From Verrucomicrobiales bacterium (GTDB lineage Bacteria > Verrucomicrobiota > Verrucomicrobiia > Verrucomicrobiales > SLCJ01), in contig JBJTQJ010000113.1 in assembly GCA_046075565.1 (NCBI GenBank), positions 1 through 43,297 on the forward strand: DNA of 43,297 nt. The letters are read 5' to 3'. Made by a program: the position numbers and the translations under genes. The number at the start of each line of letters is the position of its first letter. The first letter of the stretch is position 1. This document shows, piece by piece, positions 28,505-38,226 of this stretch. The notes beneath the pieces are model-generated. The model did no database searches, was not told the origin of the DNA, and was given only the letters and a program-made list of their open reading frames with translations.

Positions 28505-29281
28505 ATGCCAACCGACGTCGCACAGCCACATTCCTGCCTTCTCCGCGAACTCCGGGCCCGTTTCGGACCCGAAGTGACGGAAGGAAGCGCCATCGCCCAG
28601 GAGGATGTCATGGTGCGACTTCTGGAGGAACTCAAGCCCCGCCGGATTTTGGAAATCGGCACCCGGCACGGCATCAGCGCCGCCTTGTTCGCCCGGCATG
28701 CCGAAACGGTCACGACTGTTGATATCGAGAAAAGCCCCGTCTCCTTCCGGAAATTGGCCAGGGATGTCTGGGCCAGTTGCGATGTGGCGCACAAAATCAC
28801 ACCATATCTCGCGCCCGGCGAAGTCGGGTGGCAATACAATGCGGCCAAAGCCTCCTTCATCGCCAGCCAGGACTTTGATTTTGCCTTCATTGACGGCAGT
28901 CACCATTGGCGGGATGTGCTCTTCGATCTGCGTTGCGTTCGCCGCTGTGGTTGTGTGCTTTTCCATGATTACAAGCCCGAAGGTGGGGCCTACGCCGATT
29001 GCGACAATGAGCGATATCAGGGTATTGCCGATGTGATTGACGGTCTTTCGCCGGCGGCTTATCTGCTCGGTAAACATTGCAGCCAAATGGCTCTTTGGCT
29101 GGCCGATGATCACCCCGCGCGTCAGAGAGCGGCCGATTTTCTCTCCTCCCTTCCGCGCCCGGCACGCGGACGATGGTCGGCCATGTTCTCTCTTGCCAGA
29201 AGGCGCCTTGAGCGGCGGCTTGAAAGGTTTGGTCACAGCCTGCGCAAGCGGTTAGGGGGATCACGACGCGGTGATTCCTGA
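28505..29281 (+). CDS. class I SAM-dependent methyltransferase (Methyltransf_24-like)
   Basis: ILEIGTRHGIS motif I, FDFAFIDGSH, VLFHDY. Confidence 0.85.
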   Translation: MPTDVAQPHSCLLRELRARFGPEVTEGSAIAQEDVMVRLLEELKPRRILEIGTRHGISAALFARHAETVTTVDIEKSPVSFRKLARDVWASCDVAHKITPYLAPGEVGWQYNAAKASFIASQDFDFAFIDGSHHWRDVLFDLRCVRRCGCVLFHDYKPEGGAYADCDNERYQGIADVIDGLSPAAYLLGKHCSQMALWLADDHPARQRAADFLSSLPRPARGRWSAMFSLARRRLERRLERFGHSLRKRLGGSRRGDS

Positions 29282-29304
29282 GAAATCCGGAACCGTGGCA
29301 CCGG

Positions 29305-31440
29305 CTACTTCGACTCGAGCGTGTAGATCCCGTCCCATCCGACGGGAGGATTGAGCACGAATTTCCGGCAGCGCTCGTGCAACAAGCGCGCGGGCCCGTC
29401 GTCTGGCCAGCGCGCGACGAAGTCATCGAGTTTTTCCGCCGCCGATGTAAAGTCTCCACTGCGGAAGAGTTCGAGAATTTCCGACCATGGTTGGCCCATG
29501 GTTGGCCACACTTCGAGGGACTTTCCATCGAGGGCGGTATAGAGATCCACGGGCAGGCGTTTGCCTTTGACGCGGACCCGATCCAGTGGACGCAGGGTGA
29601 TAGTATCTCCGGCCAGCGCCGCCGTCTCGCCACTCAATAACAACGCGCAGCCATACATCTTGGTGAGTCCTTCGAGTCGGGACGCGAGATTCACGGTGTC
29701 GCCGATGACCGTCGGTTCCATTTTCTCGTCGCTGCCGATATTCCCGACGATGGCATCGCCGTGATGCAGGCCGATGCCGATGGCGAAGGGTTCGAGGCCG
29801 CGCGCTTTCCAACCGGTGTTCAGTCGATCCAGCTCGGCGAGCATGGCGAGGGCCGCGCGGATGGCGGCGCGGGTTTCCTCCTCGGGCGTGCGTCCCCCGA
29901 GGTTGCCCCAGACGGCCATGACGGCATCACCGATGAATTTGTCGAGCGTGCCATTCTCGGCAAAGACGGCCTCGACCATTTTCTCGAGGTATTCATTCAG
30001 TTGGCTCACGAGCGCGGCGGGATCACTGTCTTCGGTCATCGAGGTGAAGCCGCGCACGTCGGAGAACAACACGGTCACGGGACGCCGCACGCCACCGAGG
30101 GTGGCGTAGAAGCTGTCTTTGTTCTCGATAATGGCTTCCGCGACGTTACGCGAGACCATTCGCGAGAGCATGCCTTGGAGGCGGATGCGTTCGAGCATCG
30201 AGTCGAGGAACTGCCGCAAGAGCACGCCGCCACCTCCGATGGCGGCCACGAGCAGGGTGGGAGTCACAGGCGAGATCTGGCCATTCCTCAGAGAGAGGGA
30301 ACAACCGCCGAAAAGGCCGGCCAAGGCGAATCCGAGGAAAACCACGGCCCATCCAGCTTTGCGTGGGAGGGCCGTGGCTAGCCAGGCGCTGCAGGCTGCG
30401 ATGATGGCAAGGCCGAGCATGCTCCAATTGGTATAGGGACGCACCATGCCGTCTTCGTCGAGCAGGCAGGTCAAGGCGGTGAGCTGCAATTGCGGGCCTA
30501 GCATCTGGCCGAAGGGCGTCGGTTTGAAATCCTGGAAGACACTCGCAGCCGGGCCGATGAGCACGATTTTATCTTTGAAAAATTCCCCGTTTTGATAGTT
30601 CGCTTCCCATAGTTCAGGCACAAAGATTTCGTAAATCGGGTGCATTTTATACGGATGAATGGCGTCCTCACCCGGATGGTCGAACCCGCGCGGCCGACAG
30701 AAGCGCATGGGGAATGGCCCGGTGCCGGGAGGGAGTTTTTCGGCGAGGCCGAGTTGGTGGATGCCGGCCGCAGCCAAGGAATAGTAAATCGGCTCGCCGG
30801 GACGGGCGTCTTCGCCATTTGCCTCGCTTAGGGTCCTCCGGGCATGGGTTTCCCGGACCACATCATCCACCCAATCAGGCCAGAAGCTGGCGTAACCGAC
30901 GCGCGGGTCCCCCGGTCCATCAGCGGCAAGAATTTCCTCTGCTGGCCGGAGGTAGCTCATTTTCCCGTTCTGACTGGCAAACATGCTGGCGATGACGACC
31001 CGATCACGATAATCATCCATGGCGAAAGCAAGCGCGGCATCGCCATCCGGGTCTCCCGAGGCGGCGGAAAAGATGAGGTCGAGGATGACGACCCTCGCCC
31101 CGGCATCGAAGAGTTTTTTCACGGCCTCGGCGTGCACCTGCCGCGACCAGGGGAAATTCTCCTTCATTTTGGTCAGCACTGGGCTGGCGGCGATTTCCTC
31201 CGGGCTCAGGGTGTCGAGGGCGAGGGAGGACTCGTCGATGCCGAGGAAAACCACGTCCTCGCGTGGTTGGACAAGTTTCCCGTGCCGGAGCATCGCGTCG
31301 CGGGTGATCCTTTCGAGCCGCAAAAGTACCGTGCTCACCACCGGGGTGAAATACAGTCCGATGACCAGCAGCACGGCGGCCAGGCAGATCATAGCGGCTT
31401 GGAGGCGGTGGCGGCGGGAAATGGGGCGGGGGGCGCTCAT
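29305..31440 (-). CDS. CHASE2-domain class III adenylate cyclase
   Basis: TM; VVFLGIDESSL, FPWSR, GARVVILDLIF, FKDKIVLIG (CHASE2); 3 TM; VTVLFSDVRGFT, LDKFIGDAVMA, TVIGDTVNLASRLEG. Confidence 0.95.
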   Translation of the reverse strand: MSAPRPISRRHRLQAAMICLAAVLLVIGLYFTPVVSTVLLRLERITRDAMLRHGKLVQPREDVVFLGIDESSLALDTLSPEEIAASPVLTKMKENFPWSRQVHAEAVKKLFDAGARVVILDLIFSAASGDPDGDAALAFAMDDYRDRVVIASMFASQNGKMSYLRPAEEILAADGPGDPRVGYASFWPDWVDDVVRETHARRTLSEANGEDARPGEPIYYSLAAAGIHQLGLAEKLPPGTGPFPMRFCRPRGFDHPGEDAIHPYKMHPIYEIFVPELWEANYQNGEFFKDKIVLIGPAASVFQDFKPTPFGQMLGPQLQLTALTCLLDEDGMVRPYTNWSMLGLAIIAACSAWLATALPRKAGWAVVFLGFALAGLFGGCSLSLRNGQISPVTPTLLVAAIGGGGVLLRQFLDSMLERIRLQGMLSRMVSRNVAEAIIENKDSFYATLGGVRRPVTVLFSDVRGFTSMTEDSDPAALVSQLNEYLEKMVEAVFAENGTLDKFIGDAVMAVWGNLGGRTPEEETRAAIRAALAMLAELDRLNTGWKARGLEPFAIGIGLHHGDAIVGNIGSDEKMEPTVIGDTVNLASRLEGLTKMYGCALLLSGETAALAGDTITLRPLDRVRVKGKRLPVDLYTALDGKSLEVWPTMGQPWSEILELFRSGDFTSAAEKLDDFVARWPDDGPARLLHERCRKFVLNPPVGWDGIYTLESK

Positions 31441-31534
31441 TTTTTCAATTTGTGGCTTGCCGAATGCTTGTCTTGCCCTGTAGCATAACGAACGCTGGGC
31501 GATTTTGCCCGGAATTCCATCAAAAATCGAGCCC

Positions 31535-32476
31535 ATGCGCATTCTTCCACTCCTCTGCTTTTTTCTTCCGCTCTCCCTAGCAGCCCAGGGGGTAGTCACG
31601 CCCGGTTTGGTGGACCGCACGAATCGCCCGGATGGCTCGCCCCCCATCGTAACACCCGAAACCCGGGACGGGATTGCTATGGATGGGGAAATGGATATGG
31701 CTTCGCCAAGTCCTGGGGATTCCGATCTTGGCCTGCAGATGATCCTCAAACGCCAGGAGCGGGCGCGGATTTTCTGGGCGATGGTCAACGCGGGGGTATT
31801 CGCCACCGACAATGCCGCGCGCCTTCCTGACAACGCGCAGGATGATGTTTATTTCACCAGCATGATCGGTTTGGGTGCCCAACCCTCGCTTGGGAACAAC
31901 TGGTTCCTCAATGTCGCCCTGACCCAGGAGTTCTACCGGTATGACAAATTCGACGTGCTCGACTTCGAATCGAGCGCGGCCGGAGTCGGCTTGATCAAGG
32001 TCTTCGCGGATTTCCACGACGTGGTGGCGGGCATCCGTTATGGCTACCGCCGGCTGACCGACGGGGACTTCAGCGAAGAAACCTATTTGCGTCACGGTCC
32101 ATCGCTGACCTTGCAGAAGGTTTTCGTGATTGACCGGAAGAACAGTTTTTATGTCGCCGGCACAGCCGATTTCGATGTGGTGGCCGATCCCGACGTGCTC
32201 GAGCGTTTCGAATACACCGCGCAGGTAGGATATGATTTCCGGCTCACTCACACCACGAAGTTGTCGTTGTTCTATAGTTTTGGCTACCGCGACTACCAGA
32301 ACGCGCCCATCGACGAGTTGAACCACATCGTTGGTGCAGCCGCCACTTGGCGCCCCACCGACTGGGCGCTGTTCGAGCTTTCCGCCACCTGGTCGGATAA
32401 CGATTCGGAGAGTGATCTCCTCGACTACCAAGCCGGCTCTGCCGGGATTGCCGCCAATCTACGTGTGCAATTCTAA
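31535..32476 (+). CDS. outer-membrane beta-barrel protein
   Basis: Signal peptide, alternating amphipathic strands rich in Y/F/G, C-terminal NLRVQF. Confidence 0.8.
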   Translation: MRILPLLCFFLPLSLAAQGVVTPGLVDRTNRPDGSPPIVTPETRDGIAMDGEMDMASPSPGDSDLGLQMILKRQERARIFWAMVNAGVFATDNAARLPDNAQDDVYFTSMIGLGAQPSLGNNWFLNVALTQEFYRYDKFDVLDFESSAAGVGLIKVFADFHDVVAGIRYGYRRLTDGDFSEETYLRHGPSLTLQKVFVIDRKNSFYVAGTADFDVVADPDVLERFEYTAQVGYDFRLTHTTKLSLFYSFGYRDYQNAPIDELNHIVGAAATWRPTDWALFELSATWSDNDSESDLLDYQAGSAGIAANLRVQF

Positions 32477-32491
32477 CCAACGAACCAACCC

Positions 32492-34771
32492 ATGAAAACC
32501 ACCCCCCTTAGTATCATCCTTCTGGCCGTGACGGCCACCGGATTGCAGGCATCTCCCCTGCAGAAGGCCGAGGTGACCCGTGTGCACAACGAAGTCAAAA
32601 TCCTTCCCGGCGAAAGTGAATCACGCGAAGCGAAACCCGGCGACGTGGTTGATGGAAAGACCGCCGTGCGCACGGGAGACAAGTCACGCGCCGAGCTGAA
32701 GTTCGCCGACGCCACCCTTACTCGTCTCGGTGCGAACACACAATTCAGTTTCGAAAGCGGCACCCGCAACCTGTCCCTTGAAAACGGGGTCATCTTCCTG
32801 CAGGTGCCCAAGGGTGCAGGCGGCGCGAAGATCCGCACGGCCGCCGTCACCGCCGCTGTCACCGGCACGACCATCATGATGGAATACGTGAATGGCAAGG
32901 TCCTCAAAATCATCGTCATTGAGGGGACGCTCGATGTCTTCTTTCCCGATCGGCCGGGGGTCTTCACCACCCTCAAGGCCGGCCAGATGATCATGATGCG
33001 CCCGGACGCCCTTGGATTTCCCCGTCCGGTGGACGTGGACATCGACAAGCTAGTCGAGACGTCCGATCTCGCCGGTGATGGGAAAGTGTTCGATCCGGTC
33101 GGCGGCGATGCCGGTAAGGAGATCAAGGATGCCATCAACAACCAGAACAAGGAACTGAAAGACGGGAAGCTCATCGGCACCAATCTGGTGATTCCAGGGC
33201 GCGGAAATCAGGTCTTGGTGCTGCCGGGTGATGCTGCCCTGGCGCTTCGAGCCGATGGCGCATTTCTCGGGAAGGGTCCGCCTCCGGGAAAACGCGTCCC
33301 GCCGGGAGGCAAACCGCTCAGGCCCCTGCCGCCCGGAGAGCAGTTCACCCCGCCGCCGCTGCTCGCGGGCAACTGGCGGATGGATCCCTTGATGCGAATC
33401 AACCGCGCCTTGGAAGGCCCGACGATCCAGCGGGGACCGCTGGCAGGTGAGGGACCGCTGGCAGGGGAGGGTGCGGTCTATTTGCCCAATGCCACAGGTC
33501 CGCTCCATCCATGGCTGTTCGGCAGACTCGAGACTGTTCCCGGAAACGACCTTGCCGACATTCTCGATGCCAGTGGACCATGGAGTGTTTACCTGCTGCA
33601 GAATCTCACGCTCGCCGGCACGCCGCTGGTCTCGCCGAACGGCACGCCGAACATCATGATCGCTTCGCCGAACCCCATTGTCACCAATCCGATCATCCAG
33701 GACTCACCCTCCGTCTTTTGGGACCTCGCGGGCGCGGAAAACTGGGCGCTCATGACGCACAATGACCCGATCAACATGGGAGACTATGGATTCTTTGTTA
33801 GCGGCACCGATTCGAACCTATTGCTGCACGCCAATGGCGCTACGGGTGATTTGAACGTCGTGAGAGCCACTATCGAGTTGGGCGACGGCAACTTAGGCAC
33901 ACTGGCCGGGCGCGATACGACTTACGGCGAAGGGGCCACCATCTCCGCCGCCAATTGGAAAGTCAACACCGCGGGCAAGTTGATCATCAACAACATCAAC
34001 GCCACGATGGCCCAGTCCATGAGCCTGCAGGCCGGAGGCGATGTCGAGATCGGCAACTCGGCACTGCAAGCGGGAACTCCGTCCCTCAGCACCGTGCCAA
34101 TCACTAGCATCACCGTGCAGGACTCCAACCAACTTTCCTCCCTCGCTTCGGCGACAGACGCCGGCGCCCATGTGCTCGTCCGCAGCAACAACGGCAATGT
34201 GATTCTGGGCGGCATCACGAGTATCAAGGCTCTTGGCGATGGGGGACGCGTCGATGTGCTGGCTGTCAATGGACGCATCGATGCGGAAGGAGACGGCGAA
34301 GGCGACCGCGGGATCAAGATCGAAGCCACGGAAGTGGTTCGACTTGAAGCGACCGGGGGAGTGGAACCGGGAATACGCCTGGATGATGTGAAGCTACAGG
34401 GCAACGAAGTGATCGTGCAGGCCAATGGAACCAACACGGTACTCGACATCGTCAATTCCGACATACTCGCCGGCCAGTCGGCCCGGCTCTATGCAGATGG
34501 TCCGGGTTCCATCTTGAAATTCGGTGGTTACGTGCGTCTGAGTGGCAACACGGTTCGCCTCGCCGGGCGGACGGTCGAGGTGCGCCCGAGTGGCATCGTC
34601 GATGCCACTTCCGTCCAGAGACTGGGTATCCACGCCGACAATCATAACTATATCTTCCAGGGCGGGACGCCCAACGGTTTCGGAGCAATTGTGCCCAACA
34701 CCTCGGGGCAGATCATTCAGACAAACTATGAGGGCCGGAATTTGCCCCTGCCGCCACCTACCACGTTCTGA
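32492..34771 (+). CDS. secreted FecR-domain protein with Pro-rich linker and beta-rich passenger
   Basis: Signal peptide; VRTGDKSRAELKFADATLTRLGANT...IRTAAVTAAVTGT...VIEG FecR pattern; G/N/T/V/I-rich C-terminal half. Confidence 0.85.
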   Translation: MKTTPLSIILLAVTATGLQASPLQKAEVTRVHNEVKILPGESESREAKPGDVVDGKTAVRTGDKSRAELKFADATLTRLGANTQFSFESGTRNLSLENGVIFLQVPKGAGGAKIRTAAVTAAVTGTTIMMEYVNGKVLKIIVIEGTLDVFFPDRPGVFTTLKAGQMIMMRPDALGFPRPVDVDIDKLVETSDLAGDGKVFDPVGGDAGKEIKDAINNQNKELKDGKLIGTNLVIPGRGNQVLVLPGDAALALRADGAFLGKGPPPGKRVPPGGKPLRPLPPGEQFTPPPLLAGNWRMDPLMRINRALEGPTIQRGPLAGEGPLAGEGAVYLPNATGPLHPWLFGRLETVPGNDLADILDASGPWSVYLLQNLTLAGTPLVSPNGTPNIMIASPNPIVTNPIIQDSPSVFWDLAGAENWALMTHNDPINMGDYGFFVSGTDSNLLLHANGATGDLNVVRATIELGDGNLGTLAGRDTTYGEGATISAANWKVNTAGKLIINNINATMAQSMSLQAGGDVEIGNSALQAGTPSLSTVPITSITVQDSNQLSSLASATDAGAHVLVRSNNGNVILGGITSIKALGDGGRVDVLAVNGRIDAEGDGEGDRGIKIEATEVVRLEATGGVEPGIRLDDVKLQGNEVIVQANGTNTVLDIVNSDILAGQSARLYADGPGSILKFGGYVRLSGNTVRLAGRTVEVRPSGIVDATSVQRLGIHADNHNYIFQGGTPNGFGAIVPNTSGQIIQTNYEGRNLPLPPPTTF
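33433..33468 (+). repeat. 18-nt in-frame tandem duplication (GPLAGE x2)
   Basis: GGGACCGCTGGCAGGTGA / GGGACCGCTGGCAGGGGA. Confidence 0.85.
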
Positions 34772-34851
34772 CCTGCCTTCCTTTATCCGGATCATCTGCC
34801 GCAATAGCTCGACAACTGAAAGTTTTGCCATACCACTTCGTATTGACGACC

Positions 34852-35784
34852 ATGGTTTCCCAGAATTTTTCCCGCCGTGCCTTCACCCGCACCACCGGAG
34901 CAGCCTTCGGCTCCTTAGCCGCCTCCGCCCTTGCCCAAGACGCCCCGCCGCCGGTCGCCGCCGCGCCGTCGAAATTCAAACTCAAGTATGCCCCTCATTT
35001 CGGCATGTTCGAGGCCACCGCCGGCAAGGATTTGATCGACCAGCTCAAGTTCATGGCCGACCAAGGATTCACCGCGCTTGAGGACAACGGCATGATGAAA
35101 CGCGAGCCGGAGATGCAGGAAAAAATCGGGAAGGAACTGGAGCGTCTGGGCATGACCATGGGCGTTTTTGTTTCGTATGCCGATTTCGCCAATCCGACCT
35201 TCGCGGATCCGACCCCGGAATCACGGCAGATGCTCAAGGACCGGATGAAAGAAGGCCTCGAGACGGCCAAAAGGGTGAATGCCAAATGGACGACCGTCGT
35301 CCCCGGCACCTTCACCAGCAAATTGGAATGGGATTACCAGACCGCCAATGTGATCGACCTCCTCAAGTCGATGGCGGAAATCTGCGAACCCTCCGGATTG
35401 ATCATGGTGCTCGAGCCGCTCAATCCGTGGGCTAACCACCCCGGTTGTTTTCTCACGAAGATCCCCCAAGCCTACCAAATCTGCAAGGCTGTTGGAAGCC
35501 CTTCCTGCAAAATCCTCGACGATCTCTATCACCAGCAGATCACCGAGGGGAACTTGATCCCGAACATGATCAAGGCGTGGGATGAAATCGCCTACATCCA
35601 GGTCGGCGACAACCCCGGCCGCTGTGAGCCCTACACCGGGGAAATCAACTACAACCACATCTTCAAATGGCTCCACGAAAAGGGGTGGAAAGGACTCATT
35701 GGCATGGAACACGGTAAGAGCATCAAGGGTAAGGAGGGGGAGGATCTCCTCCTCCAGTCCTATCGGAGGGCGGATGATTTCTAA
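34852..35784 (+). CDS. Tat-exported hydroxypyruvate isomerase-like / xylose isomerase-like TIM barrel protein
   Basis: SRRAF Tat motif; VLEPLN, ILDDLYHQQITEGN, IQVGDNPGRCEPYTGEINY, GMEH. Confidence 0.85.
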   Translation: MVSQNFSRRAFTRTTGAAFGSLAASALAQDAPPPVAAAPSKFKLKYAPHFGMFEATAGKDLIDQLKFMADQGFTALEDNGMMKREPEMQEKIGKELERLGMTMGVFVSYADFANPTFADPTPESRQMLKDRMKEGLETAKRVNAKWTTVVPGTFTSKLEWDYQTANVIDLLKSMAEICEPSGLIMVLEPLNPWANHPGCFLTKIPQAYQICKAVGSPSCKILDDLYHQQITEGNLIPNMIKAWDEIAYIQVGDNPGRCEPYTGEINYNHIFKWLHEKGWKGLIGMEHGKSIKGKEGEDLLLQSYRRADDF

Positions 35785-35895
35785 CCCCGGAACGCTTGCT
35801 AGGCGTGTAGTTTTGCCAATTTTCGCCCGCCTAGTGTGATTTTTCCATGCGGGATGACGCAATTTGGTGTTTATTCGACTCCCCATCCATCTTCC

Positions 35896-37320
35896 ATGGC
35901 ACCCACGGTCGCCAAAACACATAAGATTCTCGTCATCGACCCGGAAGAGGAATTCCTCGACTGGGCGAGGAAGCATCTTTCCGCTTCCGACACCCAGGTG
36001 GAGGGTCTTTCCAATGCCTCGAAGGCCCTGGCGTGGTGCAAGGAAAATCGCCCCGCCGTCGTGATCGCGGAGCTGGCGTTGGAACCATTCTCCGGGCTCG
36101 AGCTTTTGAAGAAGCTCCGGCTCGAGGACCCGAATGCCCTGCTCATTCTCACCTCGGGCATGCCGCCCACTTCGATCCTCATTGAGGCGATGAAGTTCGG
36201 TTGTTACGATTTCCTCCGCAAGTCCGCCCTCGCGTATGAACTGCGCCCGGTGGTGGAAGCGGCTATCCAGGCCCATGAAGCCCAGCTTGCCCAGAAGTCG
36301 ACGTTGGCACCGCGAACTCCCTCACCGGAGTTCGACAGCGCCAGCGAGACCATGATTGGCGAGTCGTCCGCCATGCAGGACGTTTTCAAACTCATCGGCC
36401 GGGTCTCCCGTTCCGATGCCCCCGTGCTCATCACGGGTGAAAGCGGCTGCGGCAAAGAGGTGGTCGCGCGCGCCTTGCACCAGTTTTCCGGGCGTTCGGC
36501 CAAAGCATTCGTCGCCATCAACTGCGCCGCGATTCCCGAGAGTTTGCTGGAGTCCGAGTTATTCGGCCACGAAAAAGGCTCGTTCACCGGAGCGATGCAG
36601 CAACGCATCGGGCGCTTTGAACAATGCGACGGCGGCACGCTTTTTCTCGACGAAATCGGGGAAATGCCCGTGCTCATCCAGAGTAAACTCCTCCGGGTCT
36701 TGCAGGAGAGCGAATTTTCCCGGGTCGGCGGCAACCAGACCATTCGGACCAATGTTCGTATCATCGCGGCCACCAATCGCCAGCCGGAAAAAGCCATCGA
36801 GGCGGGCACCTTCCGCGAAGATCTTTTCTACCGGCTCAATGTCGTCCGGATCCATCTCCCGCCGCTGCGGGAACGTGTGAAGGACATCCGGCCGCTGGCG
36901 GAATTTTTCCTGCGGCGCATCTCCAAACAACGCCCGGGCCGCCCGCTCCAGTTTTCCGAAGGTGCCATGCACCTGCTCGAGTCCTACAACTGGCCGGGCA
37001 ACGTGCGGGAACTCGAGAATGTCGTGCAACGAGCCGCCGTGCTCGCCACCGGAACCATCCTCATGCCGAAGGATATCCCCATCGGGGTTGATGAACCTCT
37101 GGAGAATGGGACGGGAGTTGCTCCGACCGGCGGCGGAGGTCTCGAGGCGGTCATCGACCTGCTGCTCGCCGCCGCCGAAACCGGGGGGTCTCCGGTGCTC
37201 GCGGAATTGGAGAGAGCCGCCATCGGGCGCGCCCTGGCCCGTTGCGGTGGCGACCAATCGAAAGCCGCCCCGCTGCTTGGATTAACCAAAGCCGCGCTCG
37301 CGAAGAAGATGAAAGCATAA
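35896..37320 (+). CDS. sigma54-dependent NtrC-family response regulator
   Basis: Receiver domain, GESGCGKE, ESELFGHEKGSFTGA, LFLDEIGE, FREDLFYRLNV, WPGNVRELEN, Fis-type HTH. Confidence 0.95.
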   Translation: MAPTVAKTHKILVIDPEEEFLDWARKHLSASDTQVEGLSNASKALAWCKENRPAVVIAELALEPFSGLELLKKLRLEDPNALLILTSGMPPTSILIEAMKFGCYDFLRKSALAYELRPVVEAAIQAHEAQLAQKSTLAPRTPSPEFDSASETMIGESSAMQDVFKLIGRVSRSDAPVLITGESGCGKEVVARALHQFSGRSAKAFVAINCAAIPESLLESELFGHEKGSFTGAMQQRIGRFEQCDGGTLFLDEIGEMPVLIQSKLLRVLQESEFSRVGGNQTIRTNVRIIAATNRQPEKAIEAGTFREDLFYRLNVVRIHLPPLRERVKDIRPLAEFFLRRISKQRPGRPLQFSEGAMHLLESYNWPGNVRELENVVQRAAVLATGTILMPKDIPIGVDEPLENGTGVAPTGGGGLEAVIDLLLAAAETGGSPVLAELERAAIGRALARCGGDQSKAAPLLGLTKAALAKKMKA

Positions 37321-37436
37321 ATGGAGTATTTCCAAAAGAAGGAACTACTCCGGGGCCCCCGGGCTGGAAAAAGCACTTTTCAGCACCCAATGAAGAATTT
37401 CCTTGCTTGCCAAGGTCTCGGTGGTGAAAATCCGCA

Positions 37437-37778
37437 ATGCCGCCGCCACTTCCTGTCCTGATGTCGAATATCGAAACGATTCCCGGTTACCGGATCACCG
37501 CTTACTACGGACTGGTTCAAGGGAGCACCATCCGCGCCAAACACTTCGGACGTGACCTCATGGCCGGCCTGAAGAATATCGTCGGCGGCGAGTTGAAAGG
37601 TTACACCGAACTGCTGCAGGAATCCCGCGCCCAAGCCACCGAACGCATGGTGGCCCAGGCGGTTGATATGGGAGCCAATGCCATCGTTAACGTCCGTTAC
37701 GGCACTTCGTCCGTGACCCAAGGCGCGGCCGAAATCCTCGCCTACGGAACCGCTGTGCGCGTCGAACCCGCTTCCTGA
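37437..37778 (+). CDS. YbjQ/UPF0145 family protein
   Basis: GRDLMAGLKNIVGGELKGYTELL, GANAIVNVRY, EILAYGTAV. Confidence 0.92.
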   Translation: MPPPLPVLMSNIETIPGYRITAYYGLVQGSTIRAKHFGRDLMAGLKNIVGGELKGYTELLQESRAQATERMVAQAVDMGANAIVNVRYGTSSVTQGAAEILAYGTAVRVEPAS

Positions 37779-37785
37779 TTCTTCC

Positions 37786-38226
37786 ATGGAGTTTCTGGTT
37801 TTCCTCGTCCTGCTGTTGGTGGGCCTCGTCTTCGGACGGATGGCCGAAAACGGGCATTACAAGCGGATCAAAGAGCGCGAGGAACGATACAAAGCGACAC
37901 CAATCCTCACCTCCAGGCTGCTGCCGGAGGATCGTCCGGTGGAATCCGCCCGTCTTGCCATGGGTTCGGTCGTGATCGCCGTTGATTACTTCAAGATGTT
38001 TCTCTCCAGTTGGCGCATGTTCTTCGGAGGGGAGATGCGTTCCTACTCTTCCCTCATCGATCGCGCCCGCCGGGAGGCAATCCTGCGCATGAGAGAATCC
38101 GCTTCCGATGCCGATTTGTTCATCAATCTCCGATTCGAGACTGCAGATATCAGCGGGAAAATGAAAGGTTCGCCCAATGTCGAACTCTTCGCCTACGCCA
38201 CCGCGGTCCGCTTCCGCAACCATTGA
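37786..38226 (+). CDS. membrane-anchored YbjQ-family paralog
   Basis: N-terminal TM; FGGEMRSYSSLIDRARREAILRM, INLRFET, VELFAYATAV. Confidence 0.85.
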   Translation: MEFLVFLVLLLVGLVFGRMAENGHYKRIKEREERYKATPILTSRLLPEDRPVESARLAMGSVVIAVDYFKMFLSSWRMFFGGEMRSYSSLIDRARREAILRMRESASDADLFINLRFETADISGKMKGSPNVELFAYATAVRFRNH

